From Methanobacteriota archaeon (GTDB lineage Archaea > Thermoplasmatota > Poseidoniia > Poseidoniales > Poseidoniaceae): 31,681 nucleotides of DNA. The notes beneath the pieces were generated by a model. It saw only the letters and a program-made list of their open reading frames with translations, was not told the origin of the DNA and did no database searches. The stretch covers positions 1 to 31,681 of the forward strand of contig JABIGM010000051.1 in assembly GCA_018650165.1 (NCBI GenBank). The letters are read 5' to 3'. Shown piece by piece: positions 14,938-24,819 of the stretch; position 1 is the first letter of the stretch; every line of letters begins with the position of its first letter. The translations under genes and the position numbers were made by a program.

Positions 14938-15921
14938 ATGGCAGCAAAGAAGTTGAGTGCAAAGGCACGTGTAGCAGCACGTAAGCAGCGTGATAAGTGG
15001 AAGAATAAGCGATGGTTCACAATTCGTGCACCACGTCACCCATGGAACTTCAAGCGAATAGGAGAAACTCTCGGAGAGACTGATGAACATATCATGGGCC
15101 GCATTTACGAAATGACGCAACAAGAGTTCAGTGGCGATTTCACAAAGATGCACGTACTACTTCGTTTCCGTGTTACAGAAGTTGTAGGGCAAGATGCCTT
15201 AACCACATTCGTTGGACATGCTCACCAATCAGACCACACACGCCGTCAAATCCGTCGTTACCGTGGTAAGATTGATGACGTAGTCGATGTAGTAACTACC
15301 GATGGTTACCTAGTTCGCCTAAAGCCACTAATGATTACTGAGCGCCGATGCCAAACTTCGGTTAAGCAAGCAATGCGCTCGAAATCTGCGGAAATTATTC
15401 GTGGAATTGCGGCTAAAGCAAACTATTCACAATTACAAGAATCAATGCTTGGTGGAGACATGGAGACTGAAATTCGAAATGCAATCAAGGCGATATATCC
15501 TTGCCGCAATGTCGTAGTTCGTAAGAGCCAGCTCTTGCAATCTGGTGTTGTAACAGAGAAGGGGCCAACACTGGATGAAATTCATGCTGAAGAAGAGCGA
15601 AAAGAAGCTGAATTACAGGCCAAGAAAGCAGCAGCACTAGCAGAAGCCGGATCTGAAGATGCGGAAGAAGATGCTCCAGTTGAAGGCGATTTACTTGCAG
15701 CAGCAGAGGCAATGGAATCAATTTCTGAGAAGGAAGCGCCTGCAGCAGAAGAACCTGCAGCAGAAGAACCTGCAGCAGAAGAACCTGCGGCAAAGGAATC
15801 TACAGAATCAGAATCAGATTTGATGAAGTTGAAGAAGGACGCACTAGTCGAGAAAGCAAAGGCAGCAGGAGTCGCAACTTCTGGTACCAAAGCAGACATT
15901 GTCGCTCGTCTTCTAGAGTGA
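14938..15921 (+). CDS. rps3ae: 30S ribosomal protein S3Ae (eS1) with an acidic extension and a C-terminal SAP-like domain
   Basis: RDKWKNKRWFTIRAP, IMGRIYE, DHTRRQIRRYRGKIDDV, TDGYLVR and IYPCRNVVVRKS. Start is ATG 14938. Confidence 0.93.
   Translation: MAAKKLSAKARVAARKQRDKWKNKRWFTIRAPRHPWNFKRIGETLGETDEHIMGRIYEMTQQEFSGDFTKMHVLLRFRVTEVVGQDALTTFVGHAHQSDHTRRQIRRYRGKIDDVVDVVTTDGYLVRLKPLMITERRCQTSVKQAMRSKSAEIIRGIAAKANYSQLQESMLGGDMETEIRNAIKAIYPCRNVVVRKSQLLQSGVVTEKGPTLDEIHAEEERKEAELQAKKAAALAEAGSEDAEEDAPVEGDLLAAAEAMESISEKEAPAAEEPAAEEPAAEEPAAKESTESESDLMKLKKDALVEKAKAAGVATSGTKADIVARLLE
15739..15798 (+). repeat. 15-bp coding tandem repeat (CCTGCAGCAGAAGAA)x3 plus one degenerate copy, encoding PAAEE
   Basis: Visible directly in the sequence, within the eS1 linker. 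Confidence 0.95.
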
Positions 15922-15929
15922 GTTGAGCC

Positions 15930-16670
15930 ATGATGCGCCTCGGTCTCATTGGCGGTACGGCGATGACTAGCCTTGCCGCTGATGTGATTGAAACTACTCG
16001 TGTTGATCAAATCGTAGCGCAAACACGCTATGGCGAAGTGCCTTTGACGTGTATTCAAAGTGGTACTGATGAATATATTTTTTTGGAACGTCACCATGGT
16101 TCTGGAATAACCCCTCCTCATAACATAAATCATCGAGCTAATATTGAGGCTTTGGCTGGTGCTGGTGTTGATGGAATATTGGCAGTTTGTTCAGTAGGTA
16201 CAATCCCAACTGATTTTCCTCCGGGCTCAGTTGGCTATGCAACTCAATACATCGATTTCACAGGAGTTGCAATGTCATTTCATGATGATGATGCACAATT
16301 CACTTCGGTGACTAACCCCTTTGATGAAGAGATGAACCAAACTCTGAAATCAGTATTACAACCAATGCAACCAAACCTAATTCTCACCCGCACATATTGG
16401 CTGGCTCAAGGACCACAATTCGAAACTACTGCTGAAATCGATGCAATCGAAAGATTGGGTGGTGAAGTTGTGGGAATGACAATGCCACGTGAGTGTAAAC
16501 TCGCTGCTGAAATTGGTATTCCATATGCTGCAATTCTTGTTGCAAGTAATTGGGCTGCGGGAAGGGAGCCAGGAAATAGTAAGAAAGATTTGGACCATCA
16601 AGAGGTGTCTTCCACTGCAGGAACTCGGCTTGAACCAGTAATTGCATGCATCAAGGCTTTCGCGCAATAA
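15930..16670 (+). CDS. MTAP/MTIP-family purine nucleoside phosphorylase (likely 6-oxopurine or methylthioinosine type)
   Basis: LIGG, FLERH..PPHNINHRAN, QGPQFETTAE, VVGMT..E. It has SNWAAG where adenine-specific MTAPs have DxD. Confidence 0.85.
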   Translation: MMRLGLIGGTAMTSLAADVIETTRVDQIVAQTRYGEVPLTCIQSGTDEYIFLERHHGSGITPPHNINHRANIEALAGAGVDGILAVCSVGTIPTDFPPGSVGYATQYIDFTGVAMSFHDDDAQFTSVTNPFDEEMNQTLKSVLQPMQPNLILTRTYWLAQGPQFETTAEIDAIERLGGEVVGMTMPRECKLAAEIGIPYAAILVASNWAAGREPGNSKKDLDHQEVSSTAGTRLEPVIACIKAFAQ

Positions 16671-16692
16671 CTAACCCTTGTATGCCAAACCC

Positions 16693-17064
16693 ATGGCCAT
16701 GGGGCGCAGTGTTGACGACTGGATGACCAGTGCGGAAGAAGATGAATGGAGTCTGATGATGAAGAAGGTTGCCTCCTTCCACCACAAGCATGACTTTGCA
16801 GGAAATAATGGACATGACATGGGTTATCGTATCGCTTTGACTGTTGAAGAGTTAGGGGAATTAGCTGCTGCGGTTACCAAAGGAAAACCTATAGAAGAAT
16901 GCGCTGAAGAAATGGCTGATATCATGATTTTATTGATGGGCCATTCTTTGGCGATGGAAATTGATCTAAAAGCCGCTTTTGAGGCCAAATACGAGAGGAT
17001 TATGAAACGCCCCGCAATCCGAGGGCGCCTTGGAATTAGGGTCACAGAGTATACTGGTGAGTGA
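16693..17064 (+). CDS. MazG-like nucleotide pyrophosphohydrolase
   Basis: LTVEELGELAAAV..AEEMADIMILL..IDLKAAFEAK. The start is uncertain (16678, 16693 or 16699). Confidence 0.85.
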   Translation: MAMGRSVDDWMTSAEEDEWSLMMKKVASFHHKHDFAGNNGHDMGYRIALTVEELGELAAAVTKGKPIEECAEEMADIMILLMGHSLAMEIDLKAAFEAKYERIMKRPAIRGRLGIRVTEYTGE

Positions 17065-17067
17065 AAC

Positions 17068-17820
17068 ATGAATGCGAAGCAGTTGTACATTGCCTCGCTA
17101 CTATCATTCATTGCTATCGCAATTGCATATGGACCAATTCCACAGCCCCAAGAATATCACGACTTTGCAGATGACAGAGAATTCTGGAGCATTCCTAATA
17201 CCTTTGATGTGATGTCAAATCTTGTAATAATTTTCCCCGGAATAGTTGGTTTGGCATTTGTTCATGAGAGGCGTGGTAGTTCCGATATCCCTGTGGATGA
17301 AACGAGCATTCACATTACATTATTTGCAGGAATGATTCTAACTTTTGCAGGTTCGGTATGGTTCCATTTAGACCCAAATGATTCAACTATGTTTTGGGAT
17401 AGACTAGGTATGTCGGTTGTTATCGGCTCGTGTATTTCTTTGATAATTAATGATATGCTAGATCGAAATCTTGCAGCAAAGATACATATTCCAATCCTCC
17501 TTGCCAGTATTATTTCAGTCATCTGGTGGCCTGTTTTTGATGACCTTAGAATATATTTTATCGTCAAGCACCAACCATTCATAATCTTCCCAATTCTTCT
17601 ATTATTTGGGACACGTCTCTACAACAAAATTTCGGGTTATTATTGGGGCCTGTCAATGTTTGCTCTTGCAACACTTTTTGAATTTACAGACCAACTAATC
17701 TTCAACTTAACTGGATTCATCAGTGGGCATACTTTGAAACATATCTCTGCGGGAATAGGGCTGTGGTTTCTCATGGTAATGGTCAGAGACCGACAAAAAA
17801 TTCCTTTTGAGGAAGAATAA
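17068..17820 (+). CDS. Alkaline ceramidase-like (CREST superfamily) membrane hydrolase
   Basis: PIPQPQEYHDFAD..PNTFDVMSN, GSVWFH..WDRL and GHTLKH (SxxxH and HxxxH metal motifs); about 7 TM segments. Confidence 0.78.
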   Translation: MNAKQLYIASLLSFIAIAIAYGPIPQPQEYHDFADDREFWSIPNTFDVMSNLVIIFPGIVGLAFVHERRGSSDIPVDETSIHITLFAGMILTFAGSVWFHLDPNDSTMFWDRLGMSVVIGSCISLIINDMLDRNLAAKIHIPILLASIISVIWWPVFDDLRIYFIVKHQPFIIFPILLLFGTRLYNKISGYYWGLSMFALATLFEFTDQLIFNLTGFISGHTLKHISAGIGLWFLMVMVRDRQKIPFEEE

Positions 17821-17872
17821 TCGAAATCTGTTTATTGGAAAGCCTTGATTGGTAACCCCTCATCCGAGTAAT

Positions 17873-18895
17873 ATGGCGCGTTGCGTATCTATTACCAAAG
17901 CAGGTTCACCTTCCGTATTGAAGGTAGTAAATATCGATGAGCCAACACCAAAATCTGGTGAAGTCTGTATTGAAGTTCACTATGCTGGAATCAATTTTGC
18001 AGATACTTTGATGCGCCTTGGCCTTTACCAGCCTCGACCTGCTTATCCATTCACTCCTGGCTATGAATTGAGTGGAGTAATACGCTCACTTGGCGATGAT
18101 GTTCAGGGATTAGAAATTGGGCAAAGAGTTGTTGCTGCGATGCCAACAGGGGCGCAAGCCAGTCATGTCACAGTCAAAATGAATCGAGTAATTCCTGTAC
18201 CAGATGAAATGGGATTAGATGCTGCCGCAGCAATGCCAGTAACCTACCTTACAGCACATCATATGCTACACTATTTGGGTCATATGAAGCAAGATGACAC
18301 AGTCTTGATTCATGGTGGTGCAGGTGGTGTTGGAACAGCTGCTTTACAGATTTGTCAGTGGTCTGGTATTGAGAATGTCTGGGCCACTGCATCCGGTTCT
18401 AAGTCCGCAATAATCGAATCGTTTGGAGGCATTCCCATCGATAGGCACAATCAAGATTTTACCGAGATCATAAAACAGGCAACTAATGGACGCGGTGTCG
18501 ACCATATTCTAGATCCGATTGGAGGTGACAATCTTCGTCGTAGTCTGTCAGTTTTGGCAGAAGGTGGGAAACTGTATACCTATGGAATGTCGGCAGCGGC
18601 TCCCACTTCGAAGCGTTCTCTAATCCGTGCTTTTTTGGCATGGAGAAAAACTCCTAAATTCGACCCGCTGAAATTGATGACTCGAAATCGTGGTGTATTT
18701 GGAGTTCACATGGGCACCTGGAAAGATGAGGATGCAATGTCAGAGCAATTACATCGCATTATGGAAGGAATAAAATTAGGAAAACTAACCCCTGTGATCG
18801 ATTCGATATTTGATGCTGAGGAAGTTGCAAAAGCTCACCAACATCTGCATGATGCAAAGAATACCGGTAAGGTTTTACTTCGTTTCAAAAGATAG
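17873..18895 (+). CDS. MDR-family NADPH:quinone oxidoreductase-like protein (VAT-1/QOR type)
   Basis: GINFAD, PFTPGYE, PVTYLTA, LIHGGAGGVG, GRGVDHILDPIG and NTGKVLL. Start is ATG 17873. Confidence 0.9.
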   Translation: MARCVSITKAGSPSVLKVVNIDEPTPKSGEVCIEVHYAGINFADTLMRLGLYQPRPAYPFTPGYELSGVIRSLGDDVQGLEIGQRVVAAMPTGAQASHVTVKMNRVIPVPDEMGLDAAAAMPVTYLTAHHMLHYLGHMKQDDTVLIHGGAGGVGTAALQICQWSGIENVWATASGSKSAIIESFGGIPIDRHNQDFTEIIKQATNGRGVDHILDPIGGDNLRRSLSVLAEGGKLYTYGMSAAAPTSKRSLIRAFLAWRKTPKFDPLKLMTRNRGVFGVHMGTWKDEDAMSEQLHRIMEGIKLGKLTPVIDSIFDAEEVAKAHQHLHDAKNTGKVLLRFKR

Positions 18896-18975
18896 TGGGC
18901 CATTCTAGATGCTACCCACTCAAAAACCATTAATGGGTGCGAATATTTCATCAAGTAGATTAAATTGCAAAGAGT

Positions 18976-20106
18976 GTGACCGAAAAAGCACTCCAAACCT
19001 TCGAGGAAATTGGACGCATTCCGGGCCGTATTCTCAAGTTTCTGCTTTCAGATCATAGTTTAGATTTCATAGATGATAACACTTCATCCGAAGAAAGATT
19101 ACGATTGATTAAGCGAGAAGAAAAATTAATCTGTATTAGAGCTGCAATGATTGGAATAATAAGCGGCTTAGGGATTGTTTGGGCAACTTTCCTTGCCACC
19201 CCACTCGAGCCAGATAGTAACAGTAACGGACTACAAATCGCGAAATATTATTGTGTCATTATTGGCGTGGGTGTTGTTTTAACAATGGTTGAATTAGTAT
19301 TGATTTACATAGATACTATTCGTACAGCTAGAAATATTGCCACTATCTCTGGAATTAGGCCAGTTATGGTCGATGATAGTGAAGCAGCAGATGAATTGAT
19401 TTTATCATTGATGTATGCTGGATTAAAAGCACCAAATTCATACCAACCAAAGTATGGAATTAATCCGAGAGCGTATATCAGCAAATTTTTCTTAATGTTT
19501 AGTCTAGCAGCCCACAAATCAAAAGTTGCAATTTCAAGAGTAATTGTAAAATCTCTTTATCGGCGAATTTGGTTAAGACTGTGGGGAAGAACTGCTTCAA
19601 GAGGTATAATTGAAACAGCATCTGTGCCAGTTTTTGCATTGTGGAATTTTATCGTTGTCAGAAGAGTCATGCAAGAAATAAGAATAAGGACTACAGTGCC
19701 CTTGTTAATGGATGAGATACTAGAGAGATTATATCCGGATGGATTCAATAACCTGACTAAACAACAGCGCCTTGCTTGTTGTTTAGCAATAAGGTCACAG
19801 GTAACCGGTGTTGCAGATTTTCATCCCAACATCAAATTGTTCATCGAAAAAGTGGGACTTACTACTATCCAAAATGAAGGCGATGAAATGTATCGTTTTG
19901 GAATAGTCGTTAAATCAATGCAAGTATCCGATAGGGAGGTTGCACTACGTACATTCAATGCAGTTTGTGGGATGGATGGTCGAATAAAAAAGCGAATAAA
20001 AAACGAGGGGAGAAAACTGCAACTTCTTTGCCCCGAGTATGAATATAAGTCCTTATTTTCGTGGAAAAAATATTTTTTGAATGGTAAGGCCGATGAGATA
20101 AACTAA
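18976..20106 (+). CDS. Hypothetical membrane protein, AT-rich gene
   Basis: 376-aa ORF with two clear N-terminal TM helices. KYGINP and VPVFALWN recall bacterial (Leptospira LBF_2804-like) proteins, from memory only. Confidence 0.6.
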   Translation: MTEKALQTFEEIGRIPGRILKFLLSDHSLDFIDDNTSSEERLRLIKREEKLICIRAAMIGIISGLGIVWATFLATPLEPDSNSNGLQIAKYYCVIIGVGVVLTMVELVLIYIDTIRTARNIATISGIRPVMVDDSEAADELILSLMYAGLKAPNSYQPKYGINPRAYISKFFLMFSLAAHKSKVAISRVIVKSLYRRIWLRLWGRTASRGIIETASVPVFALWNFIVVRRVMQEIRIRTTVPLLMDEILERLYPDGFNNLTKQQRLACCLAIRSQVTGVADFHPNIKLFIEKVGLTTIQNEGDEMYRFGIVVKSMQVSDREVALRTFNAVCGMDGRIKKRIKNEGRKLQLLCPEYEYKSLFSWKKYFLNGKADEIN

Positions 20107-20141
20107 AACCAACGTTCTAGCCGTTCGAACTGCTAATTCAC

Positions 20142-21371
20142 TCAAATACGAGTGAAAATCGCTGCTTCACCTTGTCCTACACCAACACACAATGTAGCCA
20201 GTCCATTCATCTGGCCATCATGGTCCTTGGAGCGTTTCACCATCTCATGCAATAATGTCACAACTATACGGGCACCTGAACATCCTAGTGGGTGTCCAAG
20301 TGCAACAGCTCCTCCATTGACATTGACAATTTCCTCGTCGAGACCAAGCTCATTGATACAAGTCAGGGCCTGTACAGCAAATGCTTCATTCAACTCGACA
20401 AGATGCAGGTCAGAGACATCCATACCTGCTCGAACAAGTGCTTTGCGTGTTGCAGGGACTGGACCCCAGCCCATTGTTCTAGGGTCGACTCCAGCCGCAC
20501 CACTCGCCACCCAGGTCGCCATCGGCTTTAGGCCAAGTTCGGCTGCCTTTTCTGCACTCATCATTACAAGAGCAGCAGCACCATCATTGATTCCGCTAGA
20601 GTTTGCAGCAGTTACGCTACCACCTTCTTTGAACGCAGGTCGTAACTTTGCTAATTTTTCGATTGTACTTCCTCTTCGTGGACGTTCATCGACATCAAAA
20701 ATAACTGAGTCGGCACGCCTTTGTGGGATCTCAACCGGCATTATTTCATCCCTGAATCTACCCGAATCTGTAGCAACAAGTGCTCTTTTGGTACTTTGTA
20801 ATGAGAATCGGTCTTGCTCTTCACGGCTGGTGTTTACATCTGTGACTGCCGCAAGGTCTCGCAAATTTTCAGCAGTCATTCCCATGCTGTCATTTCCATG
20901 CATGGATTTCAATTTTGGATTTGAAAAACGCCAACCGAGTGTAGTATCATGCACAGTTGGGTCGCCCCACGCAAAACCGGTTTCCGCTTTTGCCATGACA
21001 TAGGGTGCACGCGACATCGATTCGACTCCACCAACAACGTATACGTCGCCTTCGCCACATCTAATAGCCCGTGCTGCAGAGTTCAATGCGCTCAATCCCG
21101 AGGCACATAATCGATTGAAAGTAACAGCGCCAACAGAGGTTGGTAAGCCCGCTAACAAAGTGGCCATTCGAGCAACATTGCGATTGTCCTCTCCTGCCTG
21201 ATTGGTACAGCCAAAGAAAACTTCCTCTACTTCACTGCCATCAATACCGGCTCTCAAAACCGCTTCTTTGATTGCTAAAGCCGCAAGATCATCCGGTCGA
21301 ATCGTGGATAGTGCTCCACCATGATTACCTATTGCAGTGCGAACTGCCGAGACAACTACTACTTCACGCAT
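20142..21371 (-). CDS. Acetyl-CoA C-acyltransferase (thiolase), PcaF/PaaJ-like
   Basis: [47 protein letters not shown] and LCVGVG. Confidence 0.95.
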   Translation of the reverse strand: MREVVVVSAVRTAIGNHGGALSTIRPDDLAALAIKEAVLRAGIDGSEVEEVFFGCTNQAGEDNRNVARMATLLAGLPTSVGAVTFNRLCASGLSALNSAARAIRCGEGDVYVVGGVESMSRAPYVMAKAETGFAWGDPTVHDTTLGWRFSNPKLKSMHGNDSMGMTAENLRDLAAVTDVNTSREEQDRFSLQSTKRALVATDSGRFRDEIMPVEIPQRRADSVIFDVDERPRRGSTIEKLAKLRPAFKEGGSVTAANSSGINDGAAALVMMSAEKAAELGLKPMATWVASGAAGVDPRTMGWGPVPATRKALVRAGMDVSDLHLVELNEAFAVQALTCINELGLDEEIVNVNGGAVALGHPLGCSGARIVVTLLHEMVKRSKDHDGQMNGLATLCVGVGQGEAAIFTRI

Positions 21372-21469
21372 GTAGACTCACCCATGTCATCCCAGCAACC
21401 TCTCCCCCTTGAGGTGTGCGGAACTAAATCGGGTTACTCGCGCATTTACAAATGAATTTAGCGACTCGG

Positions 21470-21937
21470 TTAATTGCGAGTCCAGTGTTGGAAAATCATG
21501 TCAAACTCATCCCGTTCTCCTGCGCTAACATGACTTTCTTCTTTGAGTGTAAAACCCATGCCAGTAATATCCGGAAAATGAGTATCAGCCTCGGCAACAC
21601 GTGCATCGATTATTGTGCGGTGAAGTTCACTAACATGTGGTAAAAACAATTTGTATATTTCTCCACCACCAATTACCCATCCATCCATCTCAAGGGCTTT
21701 GTCCACACTGATTACGTCAACACCCTCAACATCACCTCTAGATAGGACATAGTGGTCTCTGCCGGGAAGCAGACCTGGTAGCGAATCCCAAGTTTTTCTT
21801 CCCATGATTAGATTTGAGCCCATTGTCACCTTTTTGAAGTGCTGTAAATCTGTTGATTGGCGCCAAGGTAAGTCGCCATCTTTTCCGATAGCACCATTGC
21901 GGTCACAAGCTACAATCATCCCTAGCATTGCAATCAC
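21470..21937 (-). CDS. folA: Dihydrofolate reductase
   Basis: [50 protein letters not shown] and DTHFP. GTGA overlap with thyA. Confidence 0.95.
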   Translation of the reverse strand: MIAMLGMIVACDRNGAIGKDGDLPWRQSTDLQHFKKVTMGSNLIMGRKTWDSLPGLLPGRDHYVLSRGDVEGVDVISVDKALEMDGWVIGGGEIYKLFLPHVSELHRTIIDARVAEADTHFPDITGMGFTLKEESHVSAGERDEFDMIFQHWTRN

Positions 21938-22731
21938 ACCGCAATCGGGGCCTTGATGTGAGGATGGTGCTCATATCCCACAACTTCGATATCTTCGTAA
22001 GTGAAATCATCAATATTTTTGATATCAGGATTAAGTTTCAGTGTGGGAAGTGGCTCTATTGGAGTACGTGATAACTGAAGTTTTGTTTGCTCAAGATGGT
22101 TTGTGTAGAGGTGTGCGTCCCCAATGGTATGAACAAAAGTTCCCGCTTCAAGATTACAAACTTGAGCAATCATGTGGGTTAATATTGCATATGATGCGAT
22201 ATTGAATGGAACTCCCAGAAACACATCTGCACTTCTCTGGTAAAGTTGGCAGTTCAGTTTTCCATTTGCGACATGAAACTGGAAGAATGCATGGCATGGC
22301 ATTAATGCCATCTCATCTAGTTCCCCTACATTCCAGGCACTGACAATAATTCTTCTGGAGTTTGGATTGTTATTGATCATTTCAATAGCCTGTGCCACTT
22401 GGTCAATAACTCGTCCATCCTTCGACTCCCATTTACGCCATTGCTTGCCATATACTGGGCCCAAATCTCCATTGTCATCTGCCCATGCATCCCAGATACG
22501 GACTCCATTTTCCTTGAGGTATGCAATATTCGTGTCACCTGCTAGGAACCAAAGCAATTCATGAACAATTGATTTTAGGTGCAATTTTTTAGTTGTAACC
22601 ATGGGGAAACCTTTGGATAAATCGAATCGCATTTGGTGTCCAAATACTGAGATAGTACCCGTTCCCGTACGGTCACCTTTCTCCTCACCCTCCTCAAGGA
22701 TGCGTTGCATTAGTTCTAGGTACTGCTGCAT
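21934..22731 (-). CDS. thyA: Thymidylate synthase, bacterial type
   Basis: [42 protein letters not shown] and DAHLY. Start moved to ATG 22731 (MQQYLEL). Confidence 0.97.
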   Translation of the reverse strand: MQQYLELMQRILEEGEEKGDRTGTGTISVFGHQMRFDLSKGFPMVTTKKLHLKSIVHELLWFLAGDTNIAYLKENGVRIWDAWADDNGDLGPVYGKQWRKWESKDGRVIDQVAQAIEMINNNPNSRRIIVSAWNVGELDEMALMPCHAFFQFHVANGKLNCQLYQRSADVFLGVPFNIASYAILTHMIAQVCNLEAGTFVHTIGDAHLYTNHLEQTKLQLSRTPIEPLPTLKLNPDIKNIDDFTYEDIEVVGYEHHPHIKAPIAV

Positions 22732-22768
22732 CTGATTAATCCTTGAGTGCGAAGGCCTTTGAGGATTG

Positions 22769-23533
22769 TCACGGGGCACCTTGTCCACGGATTCTTTCCA
22801 TGAATTCATCAGTGAACTCTCGGTAAAGTGCTGCAAGTGCTGCCATGACCTCGTGGTCCTCTTTGTTAGCAAGTGCTTGCAACTCAGAAACATTACCTCG
22901 CTTCTCCAACCACTCCCACCAGGTAATGGGCTTGCCATATGAGATGCCAACCCTTCGCCACAGCCGCGGTAACTTATGCTTTGATGGTGACATAAAGTTA
23001 CGAGTTCCAGTTAACCCAATCGGTACGACTGGTACATCGGGATATGAGGCTGCCAACCGGGCAAACCCTGTTTTTCCCGGCAAAAGATAAGGAGGTTCTG
23101 AACGCTTTGAGCGTGTACCTTCGGGAAATATTCCCAATGCGCGTTTGGCATGTAACACTACAGCAGCGCTAGAAAGAGCCTCACCGCCACCTGTGTTCCG
23201 ATTAGTTTCAATTTGGCCAGTTGCACGCATAAATGAGGCCAGAGCAAAATTTCTGAAGTGTCCATCCTTAGCCAGATAGTGAGTCTTTCTTCGTGACGCA
23301 AGTATCACTACCAAGGGATCTACATGCGATAAATGGTTAGCAGCTAGGATTGTTGGGCCACTAGTTGGAACATTTTTTACCCCCCTAATCCTAACACGCA
23401 GGACCATTCGGAAAAATGAAGCAAGAGTCCACCGCATCACTGCATACGATTTATCACCAGTGATTCTGCTTTCACTGGGAGTGATTTTCCAATGCTTCTC
23501 AAGAGCCATCCATGCATCCTTGAGTTCACCCAT
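22769..23533 (-). CDS. plsC: Lysophospholipid (1-acyl-sn-glycerol-3-phosphate) acyltransferase, PlsC family
   Basis: ANHLSHVDP (HX4D), [20 protein letters not shown] and VPVVPI. Start moved to ATG 23533. Confidence 0.85.
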   Translation of the reverse strand: MGELKDAWMALEKHWKITPSESRITGDKSYAVMRWTLASFFRMVLRVRIRGVKNVPTSGPTILAANHLSHVDPLVVILASRRKTHYLAKDGHFRNFALASFMRATGQIETNRNTGGGEALSSAAVVLHAKRALGIFPEGTRSKRSEPPYLLPGKTGFARLAASYPDVPVVPIGLTGTRNFMSPSKHKLPRLWRRVGISYGKPITWWEWLEKRGNVSELQALANKEDHEVMAALAALYREFTDEFMERIRGQGAP

Positions 23534-23622
23534 CAGAAACTTGCACTTGCATCTAACCTTTGATGATTGCTTAGGCAAATGGTGTGGCAATGCTGAAATG
23601 TCGGCTATGCAGGCATCTGCAC

Positions 23623-24819
23623 ATGCGTCTTGTGGTATTGGCTCTGTTGCTCTCTGCCACATTCGCTCCCATGGTACTTGCAGATGCAAAGTGGGAAGAA
23701 GATGGCTGGCTCGGCACAATCGGGTTAGAGCATCTAAATGAAGGCGATGAATTTGGGTGTTACGGGATGCCAAATTTGTCATGGCAAGCCGACCCGGGCG
23801 CTGTAGCGCTAGAGTGTCGCGAATATATTGAGGCTAGAATCGATGCATCCAAGTGGGGTGAAAATCCAATATCTACTTTCACTCCTAGTGATTTAACAGC
23901 AGCACAGCACACCTACATCCGCAACCAAGGATTCGTGATACATGGGGATAACACTGGTCAAAGCGCTACTGCATGGCATACGGCGGAAAACATACCCGAA
24001 TACGAATATGATTGGCTTGACCTAGGTCGGAGAGGAGGCTCTTTGGAAAAGGGGATAGCTAATGTCGAAAAACTGAGTCAAGAACTAGATTCCGGTGGTC
24101 TAGTTAACATGTATTGGACTGGCCGTATTGGTGATGCAACTGTGCGTCATGAAGGTGAAGTGATTGATATGTTGTCACAGCGAAATGATGTCTGGTACAC
24201 CACTTGGGGGGAAGCATATTCTTACTGGACAGTTGAGCGTTGTCATGAATTTAATCATACATTGGTAAACGGAATATTCAGTTTTGAACATATTGATACC
24301 GATGCTTGTTCTGCAGCATCACCTAACGCTTGGAATGTTCCAGTGACCTGGATTGCTGAGATCGGTGATTCCATCGTACTAGAATCTAATTTACCAGAAA
24401 TGAGAATGGATGACTCGACTACAATGGAGGGTTGGAGGCAAGAAGGTTCAATTCTATATATCAGCGTTCTAAAAGGACATTATGCATCTTTCGATTTGTC
24501 CGAAGATACTGATTATGATATCTTAGGACGAACCCAATTTTTCAATAATAAAAGTTCAGCATTGACTATTGCAGGCCACTCAACAACCGATTTATTCCTG
24601 TGGTCAAAACGATTTGATAATTCTGAAGATTTGAGATTCACTTGGCTAATCTCTCCCCGCAGTATAGATGCCGACTTAGCATGGCTACCATATGTGGGGA
24701 TTGGAGTCTTACTTGCGAGCGTCTCGGGAATTTGGTTATTGCTCAAGAAGGACGCTCTTACACATTCTAAGGCCGAAGGCTTGATGCCTGCAAGCATTGG
24801 CGGTGAGGATGATGAATGA
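23623..24819 (+). CDS. Secreted, C-terminally membrane-anchored hypothetical protein
   Basis: Signal peptide MRLVVLALLLSATFAPMVLA and C-terminal TM WLPYVGIGVLLASVSGIWLLL. DVWYTTWGEA resembles the end of NodB/deacetylase barrels. Confidence 0.65.
   Translation: MRLVVLALLLSATFAPMVLADAKWEEDGWLGTIGLEHLNEGDEFGCYGMPNLSWQADPGAVALECREYIEARIDASKWGENPISTFTPSDLTAAQHTYIRNQGFVIHGDNTGQSATAWHTAENIPEYEYDWLDLGRRGGSLEKGIANVEKLSQELDSGGLVNMYWTGRIGDATVRHEGEVIDMLSQRNDVWYTTWGEAYSYWTVERCHEFNHTLVNGIFSFEHIDTDACSAASPNAWNVPVTWIAEIGDSIVLESNLPEMRMDDSTTMEGWRQEGSILYISVLKGHYASFDLSEDTDYDILGRTQFFNNKSSALTIAGHSTTDLFLWSKRFDNSEDLRFTWLISPRSIDADLAWLPYVGIGVLLASVSGIWLLLKKDALTHSKAEGLMPASIGGEDDE

Noticed and set aside
15739-15798. 15-bp direct repeats as a possible CRISPR array or VNTR
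   Set aside because: There are no spacers, the repeats are in-frame coding (PAAEE), and no cas genes are present.
16690-16703. 14-bp palindrome CCCATGGCCATGGG at the MazG start
   Set aside because: It arises largely from two tandem CCATGG/ATG contexts, and nothing else supports a regulatory role.
20152-21003. Long antisense or alternate-frame ORFs, e.g. 20152-21003, 3854-4426, 5125-5619, 6748-7293, 11801-12421, 15582-16133
   Set aside because: They lie entirely over well-supported genes, are Ser/Ile/Phe-biased shadow translations, and show no motifs.
22732-23782. Long N-terminal extensions on thyA (to 22950) and plsC (to 23782) in the ORF track; also those on fdxA, rps3ae and aCPSF1
   Set aside because: They are upstream in-frame run-through that overlaps neighbouring genes. 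Homology begins at the downstream ATGs used here.
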